64,000 nucleotides of DNA from Tolypothrix carrinoi HA7290-LM1 (GCA_019358935.1 JAHHIK010000004.1:1-64000), one strand, 5' to 3'; shown: positions 9,738-19,746, numbered from the stretch's first letter. Notes: generated from the letters alone by a model not told the origin. Numbers and translations: made by a program.

Positions 9738-10091
9738 CTAGTGAATTACTCGGAGTAAGTAATTAATTATGGTAGAAACGATCGCCAGCACAATTGAACC
9801 TAACAAAGCAGGCAAGAAGCCGCGAATTTCAAAACCATAACCAGGAGTAAGGGCACTTGCCAGCCAAAGTGTAAAGGCGTTGATCACAAATGTAAACAAC
9901 CCAAAAGTAATCAGGTTGATTGGCAAAGTCAAAAGACTTAAAATCGGTCGGACGATCGCATTAACTAGTCCGAGAATAACGGCAGCAATAAGCGCTGTAA
10001 CAAAAGTCTTAACGATAAAGCCAGGAACGAAATGAGCCGTAATCAGCAATGCGATCGCTGTCCCTAACCAAGTTAACAAAAAGTGTCGCAT
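9738..10091 (-). CDS. Phage holin family (YvlD-like, 4 TM) membrane protein
   Basis: GLVNAIVRPIL..LTLPI...TFGLF.FVINA signature. Confidence 0.85.
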   Translation of the reverse strand: MRHFLLTWLGTAIALLITAHFVPGFIVKTFVTALIAAVILGLVNAIVRPILSLLTLPINLITFGLFTFVINAFTLWLASALTPGYGFEIRGFLPALLGSIVLAIVSTIINYLLRVIH

Positions 10092-10269
10092 AAGTTTATT
10101 ACATTTTCGTAGTAAGGACTTCAGTCCTTATCTTAAGCGAAGTAATTAAATAATAAGTCGATTTTCTCGTACTGAAAACTTCAGGTGAAAGAAAATCGAC
10201 TCACTACAGTTGATAAATAATGCTTATGTAAAATTCTCTTTTTGTCTTACATCAGTCGCAAGAGGTAAT

Positions 10270-11418
10270 CTAACGCGCTTGACTGCGACGCCGTGTGAGA
10301 ACGTCCCAAGTAGCACCACCAGCTATACCATCAGCTTCTAAACCATAGCGTTGTTGTGCAGCTTTCACCGCTGCTTCAGTAGATGCGCCAAAATTTCCAT
10401 CTACATCACCATCCAAAAAACCAAGTCTTTTCAGTCTTTCTTGCAGTTTAACAACTTCAGAACCACGCATTCCTATCCGCAAAATCGGCATTCCCGCTGC
10501 GGTGTATTGAATACTAGGCGTTTGCCGAGTAGTTTGTCCAGAACTGCTAGTTTGGCGAGTGCGAGAAGTTTGTCCAGAACTACTAGCTTGACGAGTGCGA
10601 GAAGTTTGTCCAGAACTGCTAGTTTGGCGAGTCCGAGAAGTTTGTCCAGAACTAGCAGTTTGGCTTCGAGGAGTTTGACGAGTGCGAACAGTTTCCCCAG
10701 AACTAGCAGTTTGGTTTCGAGGAGTTTGGCGAGTGCGAACAGTTTCGCGAGAACCATTGGTTGAAGTAGTGCGAACAGTTTCGCGAGAACCATTGCTTGA
10801 AGTAGTGCGAACAGTTTGCTCAGAACTAGAAGTTTGTCCACCGGAATTGGTTGAGGTAGTACGAATAGTTTGCTCAGAACTACTGGTTGAAGTACCACTG
10901 CCGGGTGATGATTGTCTGACGGTTGTTTGTGAGGTGCTTGTTGTCGTTGGGCTAGACGGTTTCGGCTCAGGAGTGGGAAACTTAGCTGCGGGGTTAGGTG
11001 AAGCAGAAGAAGCTACCGTTCCTTCGCCGGGAAAAAGTCTAGCCCAAGTGTTAGCATCAACAATGCCATCAGGAGCCAAACCCGCTGCGCTTTTAAATTG
11101 AGAAACAGCGGTTGCCGTCGTTTGGTTAAAGTTTCCATCGACTGTACCTGTGTAATAGCCCAAAAGTTTCAACGCTCCTTGTAATTCGGAAACGCGCTCT
11201 CCTTGACTACCAAGTTTTAGGGTAGGACGATTGACGCTACCTCCGACAACTACTTGGGCAATTTCTGGTGGTGCTGCAAATGATACTACGGATGAGCCAA
11301 TTAGTACAGGTGTAGCAAAGCAGAGAGGTAACAAATAAAACTTGCTGGCAGAAAAAAAACGAGATGCTATTGATGTGTGTAAGTAGTTAGTTCTACTTAC
11401 TGTCTGGCTGCCTTTCAT
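10270..11418 (-). CDS. Peptidoglycan-binding protein with two PG_binding_1 domains and a Ser/Thr/Gln/Arg repeat linker
   Basis: L..GS.G..V..LQ..L...GY....DG.F...T..AV..F......DGI motif occurs twice; signal-like N-terminus. Confidence 0.88.
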   Translation of the reverse strand: MKGSQTVSRTNYLHTSIASRFFSASKFYLLPLCFATPVLIGSSVVSFAAPPEIAQVVVGGSVNRPTLKLGSQGERVSELQGALKLLGYYTGTVDGNFNQTTATAVSQFKSAAGLAPDGIVDANTWARLFPGEGTVASSASPNPAAKFPTPEPKPSSPTTTSTSQTTVRQSSPGSGTSTSSSEQTIRTTSTNSGGQTSSSEQTVRTTSSNGSRETVRTTSTNGSRETVRTRQTPRNQTASSGETVRTRQTPRSQTASSGQTSRTRQTSSSGQTSRTRQASSSGQTSRTRQTSSSGQTTRQTPSIQYTAAGMPILRIGMRGSEVVKLQERLKRLGFLDGDVDGNFGASTEAAVKAAQQRYGLEADGIAGGATWDVLTRRRSQAR

Positions 11419-11478
11419 GGAATTTACCCCCGGTTGATTCTCATGCTAATAGTACAGCGCCTTGGCTTTACAAAAAAG

Positions 11479-12762
11479 CTAGTTGATTGCACTATTAATA
11501 GCTTCCTGTTGACCGACTAAGGATAAATAAGGTTCCCGTAAATATTGATTAGCTGCGGCGATCGCATCTTTAACACTCACACCGGCAATTAACTCCTGAA
11601 ATTCTTGGTCAAAATCAATTCCTAACCCTAAAATTTCATACCAGCCATATACTTGAGCAATTTGAGCGTTAGTTTGTTTACCTAAAGCATACTGCCCCAG
11701 TATCTTATTTTTCGCGGCTTGAAGTGCGCTTTCTTCTAGTTGGTTGCTAGAGAGTAAATCTACTTCTGTTCGCAGTCCGGTTAAAGCGATGCTGGTATTT
11801 TCCGGCGCGGTTCCCATGTAAACTACAAATGAGGCGGGATGCAGCCTTGTGGGATAAAATGCGGACACTTCGTAAGCTAAACCCCGTTTTTCGCGCAATT
11901 CCACAAACAAGCGACTAGAAAGCCCATTTCCCAGGTAGGTAGATAACAACTTCAATGGAGCATAATCAGCAGCACGCACTGATGGTCCGAGATAACCCAG
12001 CATAATGACTGATTGCTGTGTTTGTTGCACTTTGAGTCTTTGCTGCGGTTCAACCTTTATATGGGGAAAATGTACTTTTGGCAGTGGTTCGGGTGGAGCT
12101 TGCCAATCTCCAAATATGTTTTCTACTAAAGTAACTGCATCTTCTAGTGTGACTCGACCGGCAATACTAATTACTAGATTATCTGGACGAAAATATGTCT
12201 GATGATACTTGACTAAATCGGCGCGAGTCAAACTGCCCATAGTTGTTTCATCTCCCAGCAGTGACATAGCATAGGGATGATTTTGATACATCACTTGGCG
12301 CAGTTGGTCAAAGGCGATGGTAAATGGTTGCTCTTTTTGAGAGCGAATATCTTGTAAAGCTAGACGCCGTTCTAATTCTACTTCAACTTCGGGAAAAGTA
12401 GGCGATCGCATAATTCGCCCTGCCAAACCCAAAATATCCGCAAAATCTGCGGTAACAGTCTTCAATGACAATAAAAAATAATCGGCGGCACTATCTGCAC
12501 TCAAACCTGCCCCCATAGATTCTACATGTTCGGCGATTTGCAAGCTAGAAAGTCCATCACATCCCTTTGTCAGCACTGTAGATAACAAATGCGCTAATCC
12601 TGACTGCTGTGGATTTTCGTTACAACTACCAGCACGAATAAAAATCCGCGCTGCAATGATATCAGCGGCGGGATTTTCTGCTACCAATAATACGATGCCA
12701 TTGCTCAACACAGTGCGAGCGATCGGCGAGTGAGAAATAGAAGATTTTAGAGTTTGAGTCAT
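11479..12762 (-). CDS. M16 (pitrilysin) peptidase, non-catalytic subunit
   Basis: GLAHLLSTV lacks HXXEH; SSRLFVELREKRGLAY present. Confidence 0.88.
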   Translation of the reverse strand: MTQTLKSSISHSPIARTVLSNGIVLLVAENPAADIIAARIFIRAGSCNENPQQSGLAHLLSTVLTKGCDGLSSLQIAEHVESMGAGLSADSAADYFLLSLKTVTADFADILGLAGRIMRSPTFPEVEVELERRLALQDIRSQKEQPFTIAFDQLRQVMYQNHPYAMSLLGDETTMGSLTRADLVKYHQTYFRPDNLVISIAGRVTLEDAVTLVENIFGDWQAPPEPLPKVHFPHIKVEPQQRLKVQQTQQSVIMLGYLGPSVRAADYAPLKLLSTYLGNGLSSRLFVELREKRGLAYEVSAFYPTRLHPASFVVYMGTAPENTSIALTGLRTEVDLLSSNQLEESALQAAKNKILGQYALGKQTNAQIAQVYGWYEILGLGIDFDQEFQELIAGVSVKDAIAAANQYLREPYLSLVGQQEAINSAIN

Positions 12763-12770
12763 TTGTCAAA

Positions 12771-13043
12771 AGTTAGGAGTTAGGAATGAGGAGTTAGGAG
12801 TTAGGAGTGAGGAGTGAGGAGTTTGGAGTTAAGAGTTATGAGTTCGGAATGAGGAGTGAGGAGTTTGGAGTGAGGGGTTCGGAGTTCAAAGGCGCGAAGG
12901 CGCGAAGGCGCCGAGTGAAAAGCTAAAATTCATAAGTGATAACTCCTAACTCCTAACTCTTAACTCCTAACTCTTAACTCCTAACTCCTAACTCTTAACT
13001 CCTAACTCTTAACTCCTAACTCCTAACTCTTAACTCCTACCTC
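12771..13043. repeat. Inverted STRR tracts (GAGTTAG)n ... (CTAACTC)n
   Basis: Heptamer arrays in opposite orientation between the two M16 genes. Confidence 0.92.
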
Positions 13044-13047
13044 TTGA

Positions 13048-14313
13048 CTAACAAGGTTTGAGTACCGTAACTGCATAATCGTGCGGGGAAAGATAATCTT
13101 TAGCTAATTGTTGCAGTTCTTGGGCGTCAAATGACTGAATCTGCTGGGGATAGGTAACCGACAATTCAGCTTGGGCGATCGTGTTATAGTAACCATAAAG
13201 CCCGGTGAGTTGATTTGGCGTTTCCGTAGAAAAGGCATATTCATTACATAGCAGTCTGCGGGTACGTGCCAGTTCAGCATCGCTAATTTCCACATTCTGC
13301 AAATCTTCCAGGTGAGCGCAAATTAAAGATTCAACTTTTTCTAGTTCTTCTGGCTCTAACCAAGCGTTAATTGTAAATAAACTCGAATCTCGTTGGAGAG
13401 ACAAATTAGCGCAAATTCCCTGCACTAATTGCAGTTCTTCTCGCAAATCGCGAACTAAGCGCGAAGTTCTTCCTTCTGCTAGCAGTACTGATAATAAATC
13501 TAAACCGTAAGCGCTGCGGAGTTTTTCGACTCCTGGTGCTGTCCATGCCATTGTTAACCGCGCTTGCTCTAAGCGTGGTAAATGTAGTTCTTGACGACGA
13601 ATACCGGTAATTGCTGGTTGAACTACTGATTCAAACTGCGGACAATCGGTGCGATCGCCAAAATTTTCAAAGGTGCGATTTACTAATTCTAAAGCTGGTT
13701 TTTCCGCAATTCCCCCCACTACTACTACCGTCATATTTTCTGGTTGATAGTGAGCGCGATGAAAACAGCGCATTGCTTGTGCTGATTGCTGCATCAATTC
13801 TTGCTCAGTACCCAGCACCGAACGTCCGTAGGGGTGCTGCGGGTAGACGCTTTGAATCAAAGCTTGAAATCCCAGCCAATCCGGATCGTCTTGCGCTTGA
13901 CGAATTTCCTCTAATACCACATCCCGTTCTCGTTCAAATTCTTCTTCGGGAATTGCAGCATTAAGCAACAGTTCCCCTAAATGAGGCAAAGTATCTTCTA
14001 GATATGTGGCAGCTGTGGTGAGAGTGTAATGAGCATAATCATAACTGGTAGCGGCATTAGTCACGCCACCTCTATTTTCAATATTTTGGTCAAATACTCC
14101 GGGGGGTAGCGTCGCTGTACCCTTAAAAATCATATGTTCTAAAAAGTGCGCCATGCCGAACCACGGATTTGGCTCTCTTGTTGCACCAGCACGCACCCAA
14201 ACATCAGCTACTACTACAGGGGTGGTAGCAATTTCCTGATGAATAAAGGTTACACCATTGTCTAGTTGAAAAACTGAGGCTGGAAACACCGTATTAATTA
14301 GCTGTTGTGACAA
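13048..14313 (-). CDS. M16 (pitrilysin) peptidase, catalytic subunit
   Basis: GMAHFLEHMIFKGT, NAATS, EREVVLEE-like motif. Confidence 0.92.
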   Translation of the reverse strand: MSQQLINTVFPASVFQLDNGVTFIHQEIATTPVVVADVWVRAGATREPNPWFGMAHFLEHMIFKGTATLPPGVFDQNIENRGGVTNAATSYDYAHYTLTTAATYLEDTLPHLGELLLNAAIPEEEFERERDVVLEEIRQAQDDPDWLGFQALIQSVYPQHPYGRSVLGTEQELMQQSAQAMRCFHRAHYQPENMTVVVVGGIAEKPALELVNRTFENFGDRTDCPQFESVVQPAITGIRRQELHLPRLEQARLTMAWTAPGVEKLRSAYGLDLLSVLLAEGRTSRLVRDLREELQLVQGICANLSLQRDSSLFTINAWLEPEELEKVESLICAHLEDLQNVEISDAELARTRRLLCNEYAFSTETPNQLTGLYGYYNTIAQAELSVTYPQQIQSFDAQELQQLAKDYLSPHDYAVTVLKPC

Positions 14314-14599
14314 TTTTTGCTGCTTTCACCAAAATTTAACGCAGTTTTGACTATCTTATCTTTTATTGATATCTAAATTAGAAGCAATTTATACAGATTT
14401 CCTGACAAAAGATGCAGCTAAGATTTCCGAACTTCTATATATAAGTAATTTGCATCCTGAATGCAGCTAAAATACTTGGAATAACTTGTTTTGCTGTCTC
14501 TTATATAATTTTTTATTAACTCGGTGATAAATGATTTATATATAAGATTAAAGTCTTGTAGGGGACTCTTCATGAAGGGTCCCCTACGTAAATTCAATG

Positions 14600-14958
14600 G
14601 TGACGACGACTTTATATAGGTGAAGTACCCCAACTTGCTTGGCTGAAGTTGGGGCTTCCAAATCCAGCTAACAAGGACGGTTTTATTCGTCCTTCGGGTT
14701 TCCCGTCTCATCCGCCGAAGCCTCCTCAAACTCGTGTTTGATTTGGTCTTACACAGCGTCCACAGGCAGACACCCGCCAACCGAGCGGTGTATAACTTTA
14801 CGTACAACACGGCGTGGCTTTTCTTTTACCGCAGAGCTAACCCGTGCGAACCAGTGGTCGTGTTCTTTCCCTGTATCTAGTCATGTTTCTTCGGCAAGTA
14901 TCGTAACACTACTTTGAAGTTAGCCTTTATGTTCCATACAGTCAGGAGGGTCGCAACC
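14600..14958 (-). ncRNA. Putative standalone TnpB-type omegaRNA/reRNA with 5' extension
   Basis: Non-coding and hairpin-rich (AAGGACG..CGTCCTT; terminal RE stem); candidate extended -10 TGcTACCAT at 14973-14965; boundaries inferred. Confidence 0.5.
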
Positions 14959-15228
14959 ATATTTATGGTAGCATGGTTGTAGAACAATGGGGTAACAATA
15001 TGAAAGAGAAAGTATTGAGATTCCGAATGCATGAACGTAGATACAATAAGCTCAAACTATATGCTGAAGTGAAGCAAAAAACGATGACGCAACTAATAGA
15101 GGATTGGGTTGACAGGTTACCAAATCCAGAAATTGGCAACACCTCGGACACCCAAAAAGGGTGTACCTCGTAGTTGCCCGCCGTGATGCACCCCACCGTA
15201 AGACGGATGGGGAATTCCGGCGAATTAG
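14620..15228 (-). mobile_element. Non-autonomous IS200/IS605-family derivative lacking tnpA and tnpB (element 1)
   Basis: Minus strand ends GAAGCCCCAACTT...AAGTTGGGGTACTTCAC (RE-type hairpin). The other end reads TTTAA|CTAATTCGCCGGAATTCCCCATCCGTCTTACGGTGGGG (LE-type hairpin). An internal GCCTGTGGA motif is typical of tnpB 3' ends. Confidence 0.72.
15000..15173 (+). CDS. Small ribbon-helix-helix-like protein inside element 1
   Basis: MKEKVLRFRMHERRYNKLKLYAEVKQKTMTQLIEDWVDRL: alternating beta strand followed by two amphipathic helices. Confidence 0.65.
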   Translation: MKEKVLRFRMHERRYNKLKLYAEVKQKTMTQLIEDWVDRLPNPEIGNTSDTQKGCTS

Positions 15229-15274
15229 TTAAAAGCTCCCAAGTCTTTGCTGACTGTGGGAGCTAAAAATTTTA

Positions 15275-15458
15275 AGTTCACCGCGACGCCGTTTTACCTA
15301 AGTTTATGACCTGGGTTTATCCAGGTGGGAACCTAATTCCTCGTTTAAAGTTTCCGAGTCGTTGCTCGGTTTACTGCCACGAGAACAGTTGACTCCCTTT
15401 TCTTTAAAGGCATAGATCAAAAAACTTGATGGCAGTCACCAACGTCGTAGTGCAACTT
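15275..15458 (-). ncRNA. ssrS: 6S RNA (6Sa)
   Basis: About 185 nt with complementary ends (AGTTGCACTACGACGTT / GGCGTCGCGGTGAACT), a TATAAT box at 15469-15464, and the known cyanobacterial position downstream of purK. Confidence 0.88.
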
Positions 15459-15621
15459 CACCCATTATAACTATCAAAAAGATATTGTGTGTCTTATGTG
15501 GAAAATAAACCCTCACCCTAGAAGGGTGGGGCTATACATACGAAGCCCACGAAGGTGGGCTAAATAAAAAATAGGGTTTTTAGGCTGCGTAGGCAGCCTT
15601 CGTTCGTATAGCCATAGGCTT

Positions 15622-16788
15622 CTAGCCTATGGGTGTTATGGGTGTGGGGGTATTCGGATACCAGATAGATTCTATGCTGCGGGCGACATCCATCGCCTGA
15701 TTTTGATTATCGAGCAAAACGGTGACGTGTCCTAATTTGCGCCCCAAACGCGATTCAGTTTTACCATACCAGTGCAGGTGGGCTTGGGGAATCTGCTGTA
15801 AGAGCGATCGCTTTTCTCGGTAGTCGAAGAGAGAATTTTCATATCCCAAAAGGTTAACCATGACAGCACCAGCGCAACGCAAAGCGGGATTACCCAAAGT
15901 CAAACCACACACCGCTCTTAAATGTTGCTCAAACTGCGAGGTTTCGCAAGCATCAAGGGAAAAATGCCCGGAATTGTGCGTTCTTGGGGCAATTTCATTT
16001 ACCAGCACTTTTCCATCTGCGGTGAGAAATAGCTCAATCCCAAAAACGCCTACTACTTGCAGGCTATTTAATATAGTGTGAGCGATCGCTTCTATTTCTG
16101 CTGCTTGTTGAGGTGTAATCTGTGCCGGCGCAATTACCCGACGACATACTTGTTCTTCTTGCTGAGTTTCCACCACCGGATAGGTTACAACCTTGCCATC
16201 AACTGAACGCGCCGCAATTATCGCTAGCTCTCGTTGAAAAGGAATAAATTCTTCTATCAAAAATGCACTTTCTGTGATATTATAATCTAGCTGGTGCTGT
16301 AATGTCGCAAAATCCTTGATAATGAAAGTACCTTGACCATCATAACCGTGACGTCGGGATTTGAGAACTAAGGGAAAACCCAACTTAGATGCGATTTTTT
16401 CGTTGTCTTGAGGCTCGACGGCGAAAAATTCCGGGACAGGTAAACCCAAGTCGCGTAAATAGCAGCGTTGATGATATTTATCTAAAAGCGGAGTTAAAGC
16501 TTCTAACCTAGGACGGAAGCAAACGCCTTGCTGTTTCAGGATGGATAAACCGTCTAGGTTAACAAATTCGTTTTCAAAGGTGATGACATCGCATAAGCTT
16601 GCTAAAACAGCGGTGGCTGTGGCATCGTCAATTTTAGCTAAAACTGTATCAGCTGCGATCGCAAAAGCCGGATCTTGTTTGCTAGGAGTTTGCACCACCA
16701 ATTCTAATCCTAGCTTTTGTGCGGCATCTCCCATCATCCAGGCGAGTTGTCCACCACCAATTACACCAACACGCTTCAAAGTTGACAT
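15622..16788 (-). CDS. purK: N5-carboxyaminoimidazole ribonucleotide synthase
   Basis: IGGGQLA, ITFENE, GYDGQG, NEIAPRTHNSGH, RKLGHVT. Confidence 0.96.
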   Translation of the reverse strand: MSTLKRVGVIGGGQLAWMMGDAAQKLGLELVVQTPSKQDPAFAIAADTVLAKIDDATATAVLASLCDVITFENEFVNLDGLSILKQQGVCFRPRLEALTPLLDKYHQRCYLRDLGLPVPEFFAVEPQDNEKIASKLGFPLVLKSRRHGYDGQGTFIIKDFATLQHQLDYNITESAFLIEEFIPFQRELAIIAARSVDGKVVTYPVVETQQEEQVCRRVIAPAQITPQQAAEIEAIAHTILNSLQVVGVFGIELFLTADGKVLVNEIAPRTHNSGHFSLDACETSQFEQHLRAVCGLTLGNPALRCAGAVMVNLLGYENSLFDYREKRSLLQQIPQAHLHWYGKTESRLGRKLGHVTVLLDNQNQAMDVARSIESIWYPNTPTPITPIG

Positions 16789-17270
16789 CCTAAAGAATCA
16801 CGAGTTTCTACACCAGTTTGAGAATTTACACCGCTGGCTTTTGCACACAGTTCTTTGATTTGCACTTTATCCAAAATCGCATCGCTGAAATCTGCACCTT
16901 TGATATCTACATTAGTAAAGACAGCGCCAAGCAAAAGAGCTTCTGTTAAATTGGCATCGCTCAAATCAGCCCCTGTTAAGTTTACCTGATCCACGAGTGC
17001 ATTGCTTAAGTCTGCTTGATGCAGATTCGCTTGTGTCATCGTGCTTGCACTCATGACTGCCCCTCGCAAGTCAGCACCAGCAAAGTTAGTTAGTTCCATA
17101 TTGGCGTTAGAAAATTCAGCTGCTTGCAAACTTTGCCCAGAAAAATCCCGTTTTGTCAATTGTGCATTGCTAAATGACAATGGATGAGTCCAGTCTGCGA
17201 TCGCTGGTGTTGTCCAGCCAAAGCAAAATACAATCATTAAGATAATTAACGCCAATTGCCGCCAAAACAT
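16776..17270 (-). CDS. Pentapeptide repeat protein (secreted/lumenal)
   Basis: Signal peptide, A(D/N)LXX repeats, C-terminal LC..ASGVN..TGV.TRDSLGC. Confidence 0.92.
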   Translation of the reverse strand: MFWRQLALIILMIVFCFGWTTPAIADWTHPLSFSNAQLTKRDFSGQSLQAAEFSNANMELTNFAGADLRGAVMSASTMTQANLHQADLSNALVDQVNLTGADLSDANLTEALLLGAVFTNVDIKGADFSDAILDKVQIKELCAKASGVNSQTGVETRDSLGCQL

Positions 17271-17941
17271 ATTCGCTTGCTGGTTGTGTGTTCAATCGCA
17301 GATTGTGCGGGTTCAAGTTTTAGCTTACCGCAAGTCCCTGTCTTTTATTCGTTAACTTCTAGCTTTTGGCGGTGATAAAGGCAACTTGTAACAGTTTGTT
17401 AAGGTTGATAGCGGGGAATATGACGTGCGATGGCGCTTTGCGCCCGCCATCAACGCGATCGCACTTATGAAAGAGCGAAAGTTCTTACTTAATACTGATG
17501 ATAAATATTGTTCATCTGCGGCACAATTAGACAAGCGCAAGCTTTTACACAGCAACTTGTTTGAGAGCATAACAAAGGTAAGCACTCACTAAATTATTTA
17601 CAATTCTTTATTTACAGATATCCGAACAAAGCTGATTATTGAGTTTTCGCAAGTCAAGTTATATATTATGGAATGAAAGCAACTACTCACTGATTTATTT
17701 ACAATTGTTTATTAAGTAAAGTTTATTATCTTTTAACGCCAAGAGGCGATGAGTTACTGTTAGTCTTGTAAGAATGACAAGCATGATTTTAACGTTATAT
17801 AAGAAATGTTTCACATGCTTAAACATTGCTTAACCATTAAAGGACAATCGTTAACTAACAGTGCGATTGGTGGGCAGAGCAGAAATCAAGTAACTAATAT
17901 TTAACTTCTACAGAAATTTCCACTCGTCAAGATTCCCGACT

Positions 17942-18268
17942 TTGATTATGAAACATTACTCAATTGAATGGATCGAAGAATGGTGCCAAGAAAATGGCTG
18001 GACAGATTTATTTGTTGAGCGTCGTAACAACTATTGGGCTTTTCCGCCAATGGCAGTAATGCCCGAACCAATCCCTCCCAAAGTTTTGAACGTGATTAAA
18101 GCGAAAAAGGGATTAACTGCTGAGGAAAGATGGTTGTCGATTTCAGCAGTAGTGACAACAATTGCCGCTGTAGTTTCTAGCTATTTGTTAAAATGTCCAA
18201 TGCCATTAGTTTTGGCTTTTGCTTTTGATGCCGTGACGATGGCTCAACTTGAAATTGAAGATATTTAG
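17942..18268 (+). CDS. Hypothetical membrane protein
   Basis: Plausible ORF with WC..NGWTD and WAFPP.AVMP.P motifs and a C-terminal hydrophobic hairpin. Confidence 0.65.
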   Translation: MIMKHYSIEWIEEWCQENGWTDLFVERRNNYWAFPPMAVMPEPIPPKVLNVIKAKKGLTAEERWLSISAVVTTIAAVVSSYLLKCPMPLVLAFAFDAVTMAQLEIEDI

Positions 18269-18347
18269 ACTTGAAGTAGTAAGCAAAGCTGAAAAGCGAA
18301 AAAGAGCGAAACAATTATTCGCTCTTTTTTCATGTTTAACGTAATAG

Positions 18348-18584
18348 ATGAAAGTCCGTGAAATTATTAAACTAATAGAAGCAGATGGCTGGTATCTTGC
18401 TAGAACTAGGGGAAGTCATCGACAGTATAAGCATCCAACAAAAGCAGGTTTGGTAACAGTTGTAGGCAAATTATCTGATGATTTAGCACCTGGGACGTTA
18501 AACAGTATTTTTAAACAAGCGCAACTAATACAACACAAAGAAAAAGAAGATATAGAAGACAGTGAAGAGAAGGAAGAAGACTAA
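18348..18584 (+). CDS. hicA: HicA-family toxin
   Basis: MKVREIIKLIEADGW...RGSHRQYKHP...GTL.SI.KQA. Confidence 0.92.
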   Translation: MKVREIIKLIEADGWYLARTRGSHRQYKHPTKAGLVTVVGKLSDDLAPGTLNSIFKQAQLIQHKEKEDIEDSEEKEED

Positions 18585-18793
18585 TGCTTTATGCAGTTGT
18601 GATTGAAAAAGCTAAGAGTAATTATTCAGCTTACGTTCCCGATTTGCCGGGATGTGTGGCAACAGGTGCAACTATTGTAGAAACACAGCAACAAATACAA
18701 GAAGCGATCGCTTTTCATTTACAAGGTTTGAAGGAGGAGAATTTACCTATTCCGGAACCAACAACTTTATGTGAATATGTGGAAGCATCATGA
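18584..18793 (+). CDS. hicB: HicB-family antitoxin (short, no DNA-binding domain)
   Basis: YSAYVPDLPGCVATG.T..E....I.EAI..HL; stop/start overlap with hicA. Confidence 0.92.
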   Translation: MLYAVVIEKAKSNYSAYVPDLPGCVATGATIVETQQQIQEAIAFHLQGLKEENLPIPEPTTLCEYVEAS

Positions 18794-18879
18794 AGATGTT
18801 TTTACAGAAAGCCTCAAGGTTCATCACCCGTTTGCCAAAAGCATCATTGATTTGGGAATAAGTGATTCGACAAATAAAA

Positions 18880-18951
18880 TGGGCAATACTGGATTTGAAA
18901 CTGTTACCCCATCCGTGTGAAGGATGTGCGCTACCCCTGTGCTAATCGCCC
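18880..18951 (-). tRNA. tRNA-Val(CAC) with degenerate T-stem (possible pseudo-tRNA)
   Basis: GGGCGATTAGCACAGGGGTAGCGCACATCCTT-CAC-ACGGATGGGGTAACAGTTTCAAATCCAGTATTGCCCA; acceptor and anticodon stems pair, T-stem ACAGT/CCAGT has two mismatches. Confidence 0.78.
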
Positions 18952-19051
18952 AAGCAAGATTTATTATTTTAACATATTTAGAGCGCAAATAGCAACTTTT
19001 AACAGGGGAAGCGACGGTAGTGAAGAAAGCTTCCCCTTGCCTTAGTTGGTT

Positions 19052-19348
19052 TTAAAACCTGTCGTAGGGAGAGAATATAGTGTAGTAGAGCGAAGGATCA
19101 ACCCGATCTGTGAAGCGAGAATAGAACTGGTGCATCCTAATTGGATCTGGTTCGTGTTGCTCTTGTTGAGAATTTTCTGATGTTTCTGGCTTGCTGGCTA
19201 GGGTAGCATCAATCAAATCAACCAACTTCGACCATGCGACGGAAAAGGGATTTTGGAAAGAACTTGGAGGCAAGGATTTCTTTTCATTTTCAGATAATCT
19301 TGCTTTGTTTAAATCATCAACCAGCAAATCATTCATATTCTTAGACAT
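19052..19348 (-). CDS. Hypothetical protein
   Basis: 98-aa ORF with AAGGAG upstream; no recognised motif. Confidence 0.55.
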   Translation of the reverse strand: MSKNMNDLLVDDLNKARLSENEKKSLPPSSFQNPFSVAWSKLVDLIDATLASKPETSENSQQEQHEPDPIRMHQFYSRFTDRVDPSLYYTIFSPYDRF

Positions 19349-19746
19349 GTTTTTTCTCCTTTGAGATGTTGAGTTTGCGTGCAGTTTTTTGCATTTCGTT
19401 AGGAACTGTATTCTTTAGACATAGGAGTGTCCTGCGTCGTAGGGACAATTCATGAATTGTCCCTACACTCGTACCGGAAGGGCAACGCATAATTGTTTTC
19501 CACTCCGTTTGTCTTTTGGGAAGATTCCGCAAAGCTAACTAAATGCATTCTTATACAGATATAGAAATAAATCAAATCAAGTTATGCACTTTAAGGATAA
19601 AAATAGTAACGATTGATTACAGATGCAAAAATAAACGATAAAAGCATAATATTTTATGCATGTACAAGAATCTGTAGCTCACAAGATTCCCGACTTCTTC
19701 AAATCGGGAATCTGAAACTATCGACTATATCTTGGGCGATCGCATC

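Noticed and set aside
3009..10091. Prophage lysis cassette (lysozyme + holin-family gene)
   Set aside because: The genes are 6 kb apart among housekeeping genes; no phage structural or replication genes
10351..11101. Alternative-frame ORFs over the PG-binding gene
   Set aside because: Shadow ORFs caused by the repetitive, stop-poor linker
14418..14810. 130-aa ORF as a TnpB remnant or novel protein
   Set aside because: No RuvC or zinc-finger motifs; it crosses the element end into flanking DNA and is more likely incidental
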